A DNA stretch of 64,000 nt from the human T2T-CHM13v2.0 reference genome, Homo sapiens: NCBI RefSeq assembly GCF_009914755.1, contig NC_060934.1, one strand, 5' to 3'. The notes below the pieces were generated by a model. That model was not told where the DNA came from. It was given only the letters and a program-made list of their open reading frames with translations, and did not search any database. Positions 55,582 to 64,000 of the stretch are shown here, in pieces. Each line of letters starts with the position of its first letter. Position 1 is the stretch's first letter. The position numbers were made by a program, and so were the translations under genes.

Positions 55582-56079
55582 CAGCAATCCCATTACTGGG
55601 TATATACCCAAAGGATTATAAATCATGCTGCTATAAAGACACATGCACACATATGTTTACTGCGGCACTATTCACAATAGCAAAGACTTGGAACCAACCC
55701 AAATGTCCAACAATGATAGACTGGATTAAGAAAATGTGGCACATATACACCATGGAATACTATGCAGCCATAAAAAAGGATGAGTTCATGTCCTTTGTAG
55801 GGACATGGATGAAGCTGGAAACCATCATTCTCAGCAAACTATCACAAGGACAAAAAACCAAACACCGCATGTTCTCCCTCACAGGTGGGAATTGAACATC
55901 ACACACCGGGGCCTGTTGTGGGGTGGGGGAAGGGGGGAGGGATAGCATTAGGAGATATACCTAATGTTAAATGACGAGTTACTGGGTGCAGCACACCAAC
56001 GTGGCACATGTATGCATATGTAACTAACCTGCACGTTGTGCACATGTACCCTAAAACTTAAAGTATAATAATAATAAAG
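55582..56079 (+). mobile_element. 5'-truncated L1PA (ORF2 C-terminus plus 3'UTR)
   Basis: ORF 55548..55895 encodes the L1 ORF2 C-terminus (AIPLLGIYPK...KTWNQPKCPTMIDWIKKMWHIYTMEYYAAIK...GGN*); TSD agtcatgcca. Confidence 0.97.
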
Positions 56080-56479
56080 AGTCATGCCACTTATTATGCC
56101 TTAGTCCGGTCCACTAAAACAAACACAAAGTTTAGTTCTTCCTTTTCCTTTCCTCAACCTGACCAAATTTGTGGTGATTTCACTTATACTATTGAAGTGT
56201 GCTTGTGTGTGTGTGTATGTGTGCGTGTGAGAGAGAGGGAGGGGAGAGAGAAAGAAGGCGGCAGGGGGGTGCGGAGAGAGAGAGAGACCTCTTTTTTACC
56301 CCATGAGTAGAGTAAGGAGAAAGTAGAAGAAAACAGGCATCTCCCTGCTTATGCAAGACTTGTTTCAGATAACTGGTCACCCAAATGGTGGTCTCAGCCT
56401 CAGAAGTTGGCACCCCAGTTAGTTCATTCCTGGGTTTTTTTGTTTTTCAGTGACACAGGGCACTTTTTTCTACCTGTGT

Positions 56480-56722
56480 TGGAGTAGAGTGTCACAATAA
56501 TAGCTGAATGGAGCCTTGAACTCCTGGCTTAAGCGATCCTTCCACCTCAGCCTCCTGAGTACTTGGGACTAAAGGTGTGCATACCCTGCCTGGCTATTTT
56601 TTTTTAAATTTTTATTTTTGTAGAGAAGAGATCTTGCTATGTTGCCCAGGGTGGTCTAAAACTCCTGGTCTCAAGTGATCCTCCTGACTTGGGATTACAG
56701 GCATGATGCACCACGCTTGGCC
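56480..56722 (-). mobile_element. Diverged AluJ
   Basis: ccttgaactcctggcttaagcgatcc...ttgctatgttgcccagg. Confidence 0.85.
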
Positions 56723-58833
56723 TCAATCCTGTTTAACTGACCTCATTGGACACTTGGCCGTTAACTTCTGGCTGGCCAGGCTAATGCTTCTCTGAGCTGT
56801 TTGTCTCTCTGGCCTCATCTGCAGCAGGCCCTGCAAGTTGGTCACCTGCAATTTCATCTGCCATCCATAGCACTGACTCTGGATCTTGACAGGGGACTTA
56901 GGGGCTCACATTTATTTTCTCCCCTCCTCTTGCCTGTACTGCCAGGTCATTTCTCTCTAACACTCTTCCTGAATTCCAGTAGCAAAGGTCTGTGATCCTG
57001 TGGCTAGGTAGATACCCACAATAGAACTAGCTGTTTGTCTCCATTCTTGAAGATCCTCCCAAACTTCACAAGTCTGTTGGTTGAGAGCCCCATCCTTTGC
57101 TTGGGATGAGAAACCTATGGAGAGGGGTATGCCCCTTGAGGTGATTTCTGTTTGTCTTTCCATCCTTCTCTTGATGGCTATTATCTCAGAGGAAATAGAC
57201 CTAACACCCCAGAGAATCTTATAACTTGGTTCTCAGCAGGGCTCTGTCTTTCCTGTAATTACTGTGTATTTGATTATCTCTGGGGCTCTGAAAAGACCTC
57301 AGTCTGTACCTTCCAGTCCATTCTGATACATTCTTGTGAATCACCAAGTCCATCTCTTTTTCTATGTTGGTTAGTAACCCAAGAAAATAGGAGATTGATA
57401 AAGTATCACATTACAGAACATTTAAATAGTATCATAGACTCCATTGCCTTTCTTCCCAGAATGTGAGTCATTGCCTTTGTGATGTTATGACATAGTTTAT
57501 AGCAAACATAAAATGGCACTGTTTAATTCTGCTCTAGTGGTCATCAGGATCTGAAAATAAAACATATCACCAGAGTTTTTGATGACTCCAGTCTCAAATT
57601 TTCAGTTTCTTTGATTTTTCTAAAATGAAAGCAGAACTTTTTCATCCTGTCTTTGTTTATGGCTTATGTTGTCTAAGCAGGAAGATACTGACTCATTAAC
57701 ATCTCAACATTTTTGGTAGAACTGTAAAGAGCTTTTCAACTTTTTAATCTGAATATTGGGAAGTCAGATATATTGAATTAGACTTAAAATTGGGTAGTGA
57801 TTATTGTTCATTTCAGTATTTTCCAATCAAGCTGACAGTTATGAAATTCTAAATCAATATATTTGCTTTATCTTTTATATCTTTAAAAATAGTTAGGCAG
57901 GTATACAAGAGTTGGGGTATTTCTATATATTTAAATATTTTTAAAAATAAAGCATGGAACATTTTGAATTCATTGTGGATGAGGGGGCTGATGAGAGTTG
58001 AGGTGGTAAGAGCAGAGTTAATTTAGGAAGCAGCCCTGTTGTGGATGGGAAATGTTTGCTGCTAATGTCTATTTTTCTGTGCTGGAGCTGACAGAAATTT
58101 CCTTTTTGTTTATCACTTTGAGCCTTTTGAATACTGGCAGTCATGACACTTATGAAAATGTATACTATATAGTTAATGTCCTTTTTTAATCTCATGGAAG
58201 TGAAGTTATTTTCTTTCTTTGATTGCATGCAATGGATGCTTCTAAAAATCACTCTCTAGTGATTCAAATATTAGATTAACATACCAGTTTGCTGAGTAAA
58301 TTCTCTGAACTCTATCAGAACAAAGAAGAAACTACAAGAAAACAAGCTGAACTCAAGAGCTTGCTTTCTCTCTCTCTCTATTTTTTCTTTTGGACCCCAC
58401 AATTTCCAGCTATGTCTTAGGGAATCAGCTCCAAATCAGTCTGCTGCTAAAATGATCATTGTGTACACCCAGAATAAAACATAAAAATATCTGCATTCAC
58501 AAAAGGAGGGGTGGGTGTGAATGAGGGCATTCTAAAAAAGGGTTTAGGCATTGTAGACATTTGTTCTAGACAGGTTGTTAAAAATCAACATGAATGCCAA
58601 AATCCAGGAAAAGAGGAAAGAGCACTTCACAAGCAGTCCTGCTCATATCACCTTGCCTGTGTCACACCAGCCACTGCTGCACTGTAACCACTAGCAGTTT
58701 TAAGGGCCTCACTTTCACCTAGGATTTTGCATAGCATTGACTGTCTTGATATGATTTCACATGTTATTTATGTCAGGATTCAGATTACTGAACTGGCATG
58801 AGTTGTGCTCATGAAAAAATATAACTAAAGTCT

Positions 58834-59225
58834 GTATTAGTGTTCTTCAGAGAAACAACATATATGTATGTTCTGTTACATTATATATATATGTAGATAC
58901 AGATATATACCTGTTATAAAATATATGTTTGTTCTGTTATATTAGACATATACCTGTTATATAATATATATGTTATATAGAATATATAATATATATAATA
59001 CTATATATATTATATATATATACACACACACATACAGAGAGTGAGAGATTTTATCATAAGGAATTTGTTCAAGCAATTGTGGAAGCTGGATCTGGTTAAG
59101 TCCAAAGTATGAAGACCCCTATTTCCCAGTTGAAATCTGAGGGCTGGAAGCTCTGTAGAACAGGAGCTGATGTCCCAGTTTGAAGGCCATCAGACAGGAG
59201 GAGCTGATGTTCCTCTGGGAGGCCA
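58834..59225 (-). mobile_element. MLT2-type ERVL LTR with an internal (TA)n low-complexity tract
   Basis: tgtattagtgttcttcagagaaaca...ttatcataaggaattt...ccagtttgaaggccatcagacagg. Confidence 0.75.
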
Positions 59226-59569
59226 AGTTGTGCACCACTTTTGCAGAAATACCAGTGGCCATTTATTTTAGTTCTGCATTTCATAGCCTTGTCAATGATG
59301 AGGACTGATTGGGATCTGTATCCAGCTAAGGGTGATTATGAGAATTCAATCAAATGTCCTGTCAATCTTGACCTGTGGCAAATGGGCTTAAAAATCATGT
59401 TCACTAGATTTCATTACAGCATCTTATTCTTTAAATATATTCAAGTACCTACTTAGTAGCTGAAGAACAGGCTGGAAAGTGAAAATCACAGCAAAATAAA
59501 AGTTGATACCTTTGAGGAATTGAGTGATCCTGAGTGTAGCCCTGATTTATCCTTTTTTTCCAGCTAAAC

Positions 59570-61500
59570 TTTCTGTTTAGGTGATCTCATCAGATTCATG
59601 ACTTTAATATTCTCCATGCTGATGATACCAAAATATGTTTCTCAGACTCTGACTTCTCCAATAAACTCTGCACTCATTTATCCAGCTGCTCCCTCAGTAT
59701 CTCCAATTATGTGTAATAGACACCGTAAGCTTTTTATATCCAGAACAGAATTTTGAGTCCCTTGCCTAGAAAAATCTGATCATCACCTGGTGTTCCTCAT
59801 CTTAATTAATGACTTCATTTGTCCTGTTGCTTAGATGTGGCAGATTGTATTTCTCCAAATGACCACAGCAAAGATCTCATCCCACGTGCTTTTCTTACAG
59901 TGTAACTTTGGTATTCATCCTATGAGAGTTGGGGTCTGTAATCTTTCTGCTTGAAACTTTGTGGTGGCTTTTGACTGTCCCCACCAATAGAATACAGTAG
60001 ACGTGATGTTTGGTGACTTCCAAAGCTGGGACAAAAGGCAAAACAACTTCCCTCTGGCCCTCTTAGGAGATGCTTGCCCTGGGGCAAGCCATTCACCAAG
60101 CTCCAAGGAACCCACACTCGCCAACATGGAGGAACCACATGGAAAGGCCAACTCAGAGGGACAGTGAGTTCCAGGCTGAAGCCAGCATCACTTGCCATAG
60201 ATGTGAATAAACCAGCTTTAAAATCATTCCTACCTCTAGCTTTTGAGTCATTTGGTGATGGTCCATACACTAGGGCAGACATACCCTTAAACTTTGAGTA
60301 ATTTGTTATGCAGCTTTAGTGACTAAAACATTGCAAGATAATGCATTAGCCATCCTGATTCCTCTCATTCACACACCCATATATCCTGTAACTGTACTTT
60401 CAAAATATAGCCTGCATGCTGACCACTTCTTAACTGTCCACCACAGCTGGTCCTGAACACCATCACCTCTTGCCTTATTTACTATAGATGACTCCTAACT
60501 GGTTTCTCTGATTTTTCCCTACTACAGATTATATTTTCCAAGTAGAAGCCAGATTGATTCTTTAGAAACGTTCACAAGATCAAGTCCCTATTTTACTTAA
60601 AACCTCCAGTAACTTCCTATCACATTTAACATACTACCAAACTCCTCACTATCCCCTATTAGGCCCTGTGCTACCTGGTGTCTTTTTCTCTGAACTCCTT
60701 TCTACCACTCTCCTCCAGACTCACAATACTCAAGCCACACTAGACTCTTACTCTTCCCTAAAACATTAATCTCTGAGCCATAGATAGCTAACAGCAGAAT
60801 ACATGCCTGTCTTCCATAGCTGTGGGATTGCTCCTGGGTCTGCAATGTCCAGCTCTCTTTGAACCCATAAGATTAATTCTCACCAGTAACATGGTGCTTC
60901 TTGGATAGGGTTATTAGGAAGCAAGTGTGCTGCCCTCACTCTCTGGATGCCAAGGACTCCATAGCCCTAGGTGATGGCAAAACTTGAAGGTGGAGGCAGC
61001 CTAGGTCCCTGAATCACCACATGGAGGAAAGCTGTCCATCAACCAGGAACGCCTGCATTGGACTGTGAATGTGAATAAAACTTAGGGTGTTGTTAGGCTA
61101 CTGAAATTTTAGAGCTCATTCATTATAGTACCTGGTATTTCTCTACCTAATAGTGTTATTCCCTCCTCAAAGCCTTTATATTGGCTACTGCCTGCTGCTC
61201 TTCTCTCCCTTACATCATTCTCTCCCTTGCATCATGACTCTGCCCCCCATTTAAAATATTTAAAATAGTCAGTGCTCCCACCCCCACACGAATTTATACT
61301 TTGTCATACTACCCTGCTTTATTTCCTTCATATACTTATCACTGTCTGAAATATTCTTATGTATTTTATTTTACTTCCGTTTCTAGTAGAATGAATACTT
61401 TGTAATAGCAGGGACCTGGTCTGTCTTTCTGTTACTCTATTCCCAGCACCTAGGTGGTGCCTGGCATGTACCAGTGATCAGCATTTGCTTCTGGATAGGA
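59570..61500 (+). mobile_element. L2 interrupted by two old MLT1 LTRs (~59837-60330 MLT1G/H-like; ~60790-61153 MLT1J-like)
   Basis: L2 pyrimidine-rich body and 3' end (cccagcacctag...gcctggcatgta); LTR termini tgtggcagattgt...gactaaaaca. Confidence 0.6.
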
Positions 61501-61730
61501 GCAATTACATCAAGTAGACCGAGAACAGGAATGAAGAGTTGGGAATTAGGGTCTTTGGAAATTAAGTTAGCACCACTTGATAAATGATTCAACTTCTCAG
61601 TGCCTTCTCACAATTGTCAAATTGGGATAATATCTATTTTATGGAATAGTCTGATGATTAAGTAAAATTTGTATGTAAACTGCTAAGACCTATAGCTTTT
61701 TAAATTAATATTTGTTCTTATTTCATGCAG

Positions 61731-61783
61731 GTTTGGAGGGGAGGAAATAATTGCCAACCTTAACATTTATTCTTCTAAAATAA
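61731..61783 (+). CDS. Tentative 53-nt coding exon (FGGEEIIANLNIYSSKI)
   Basis: tttgttcttatttcatgcag| strong acceptor and TAA|gtgagg donor. Open in phase 2 after exon 50365. Confidence 0.35.
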
Positions 61784-62448
61784 GTGAGGGCACTGCCACA
61801 TTTGATATAAGTCTCATAGGGTGGCCTTTCCAGATTGGAGTAGTCAACTACTAGGGGTTGTTAACACTTTTATAATATGAAGGTCTGTTAGTCAGATACT
61901 TTGACACATACTACAGCAGGGAATTTTACAGCCCTGGCAATTGTTTTGACCATCACACCATCTCTAAATGATATGATAGAATGGCCACATCCTGTTCTGA
62001 CTGAGCCGTGCAAGTTCTGCCTTTATTAGTTTCCATGTGGTATTGTGAATTCACAGTTTGGTGGTTGGAGGTATGTAGATGACAAATCTTTGTTTATTCA
62101 GATCTCCAGGAAGCAAATGGTATTCTTTTGCAGAGTGGCCAATTCAGGAAAAACACGTTTATAAGCTATTGTTATGTTTTTCAAATTAAAAACATGAATG
62201 AAACATAAGAGAGTTATATTGTAATACTGAAAAATATTGAGGAAAACATGAAATTCTCCTCTCCCTTCACCTCTTCCAAGTTTCCTGTCCAAGAAAAACT
62301 TGAAACTGTCAAGGAATTTAGTGGGTGAATTTTCCACATAGATGGTATTGTGCCCAAGGGAGCAAAGATTTGTTTTGGGGAGGAGTGAAAAAATTTTACT
62401 CATATGCGTAAAGTACAGATATACATATAACACATAAACAGATATACA

Positions 62449-62745
62449 GGCTGGGCATGGTGGCTCATGCCTGTAATCCCGCCGAGGTGGGTGGATCACC
62501 TGAGGTCAGGAGTTTGAGACCAGCCTGGCCAATATGGTGAAATCCTGTCTGTACTAAAAATACAAAATTAGCTGGGCATGGCGGTGGATGCCTGTAATCC
62601 TAGCTACTTGGGAGGCTGAGGCAGGAGAAGCACTTGAACCCAGGAGGCAGAGGTTGCAGTGAGCCAAAAACAAGCCCCACTACACTCCAGCTGGGGCAAC
62701 AGAGTGAGACTCTGTCTCAAAGAAAAAAAAATAACAAAACCAAAA
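62449..62745 (+). mobile_element. AluS with a ~13-nt deletion in the left arm
   Basis: tgtaatccc|gccgagg lacks agcactttgggag; TSD cagatatacag. Confidence 0.95.
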
Positions 62746-63269
62746 CCAGATATACAGTCTATGTGGGATATTAAAATTTCATGGCGAGGGGATTTCATGG
62801 GAGTGATTAGGAAATAAATGTCTACATTTCTTTAGGGGAGTGATGATGAAATGAATATTTCAGAAACAGTGGTGTAGTGTTTATCCTCCTGTTGCCTTGT
62901 TTGCACCCACACACAATATATATGTATAAATATTTTTGTTGTTGACTTTTATAATCATTGGAATATGAATAAGGAAGAATGTTGCACAGTCACTGATAGT
63001 CATCTGATGACAGGAAGGGGACCCAGCATTGGCTTGAGGCCTGTGTTGTAGATGTCAGATCAGAGAACTCCCTTGTGTTGTCATTGTGCTACTGCCTCAA
63101 ATAACTGTGAAACAAATACTACCCCCAAGAATTCCCAGTCTATGAAATAATACATATCCTCATGGTTTGAACCAATTTGAATCATGCTTTCTAGCACTTA
63201 TTCCCAAAAATGTCATATTAGAAAGCACCCTATACCAATTAACACTCTCATATACATTTATATGTGTGC

Positions 63270-64000
63270 TCATATATGAGATTCTCTTCAGAAAAAAAAA
63301 ATCTATACTATATTTGCTGGATTGCTTACTGACAATTTGTATCTTATTACAGATTGTATATTAATTTATACTGCTCACTTCTCCTTTGGATTTGTTGTGG
63401 TTTTCTTCATGCTTTTAGGACCTTTTTATTTTTCCTGATGTGGTCTTTATTGTTAAAATATATTGCAAATATGTTCTCCAAGTCTTCCACTTTTAACTTC
63501 ATTTTTTTTTTAGAGATACAGAAGGGCTTGTGAAAATTATGCATTCTAGGTTGTGTCTTGCTTAGGGAGACCTTCCCAGCCCAATACTATGAATAGTTTC
63601 CACTAACATCCTTTGGTAAATGCATAGTTTTACTTTTTATGGCTTAAGATGTTACATAGAGGTTACATGCATATATGGTGGATATATGTAGAGTGTAATG
63701 TATTGTGTAAGTTTATTTATTTTTTCCCTAAATCAGTAACTCATTTTCTCATTACCATTTACTATTTTTTACTTTTCTCACTAATTTGGAATTCTAATTT
63801 TCATATACTAAATTAATATGCATGCCTGAATTTGTTTCTAGATTTTCTAGGTGGGTTACATTCATTTCTCCACATTTTCTTATGCCTATATTACCCTCTG
63901 TTAATTACTGTAACTTCTTTGTGGGTTTTGTGGGATGGTTGCGGCACATGTTCTATTCACAATCCTTCTTCACATTGTTCACTTTTAAATTTTTCTTGCT
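63270..64000 (-). mobile_element. Old L1M fragment
   Basis: T-rich antisense L1 motifs (tattgcaaatatgttctcca, gcttagggagaccttccc). Confidence 0.5.

Noticed and set aside
55548-55895. 115-aa ORF as a host gene
   Set aside because: It is the L1 ORF2 C-terminus of a 5'-truncated insertion.

Overview
Primate (human-like) nuclear DNA, AT-rich and mostly intronic. It is dense in interspersed repeats: about 15 Alus (J, S and Y ages), L1PA/L1MB/L1ME fragments, MaLR solo LTRs (MLT1, MST), ERVL/ERV1 LTRs, MER DNA transposons, MIR/L2 and microsatellites. No prokaryotic genes, rRNA/tRNA or CRISPR arrays are visible, and nearly all ORFs in the six-frame track are repeat-derived or random. Reading splice signals by hand gives a chain of very small + strand exons separated by long introns: (297-313), 2848-2880, 8366-8453, 11880-11943, 39234-39267, 50365-50394, (61731-61783). 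They join in phase into one stop-free frame: (ILQTIK)FSGSSDIPQFYQIPPSTPVLNSTIWGQNKEPVHVPADFYQTDLRSHNSKVSSRLLDKNATLVCKMHLLYKDEREGRDIPHDER(FGGEEIIANLNIYSSKI). I do not recognise this protein, so no gene symbol is given. Other points of interest: a tailless AluY, a perfect 66-bp tandem duplication at an Alu end, candidate recursive splice sites, a paired inverted M-box palindrome, a TALE/E-box hairpin and nested retroelements. Repeat subfamily names are from memory of consensus sequences, and old-repeat boundaries are approximate.
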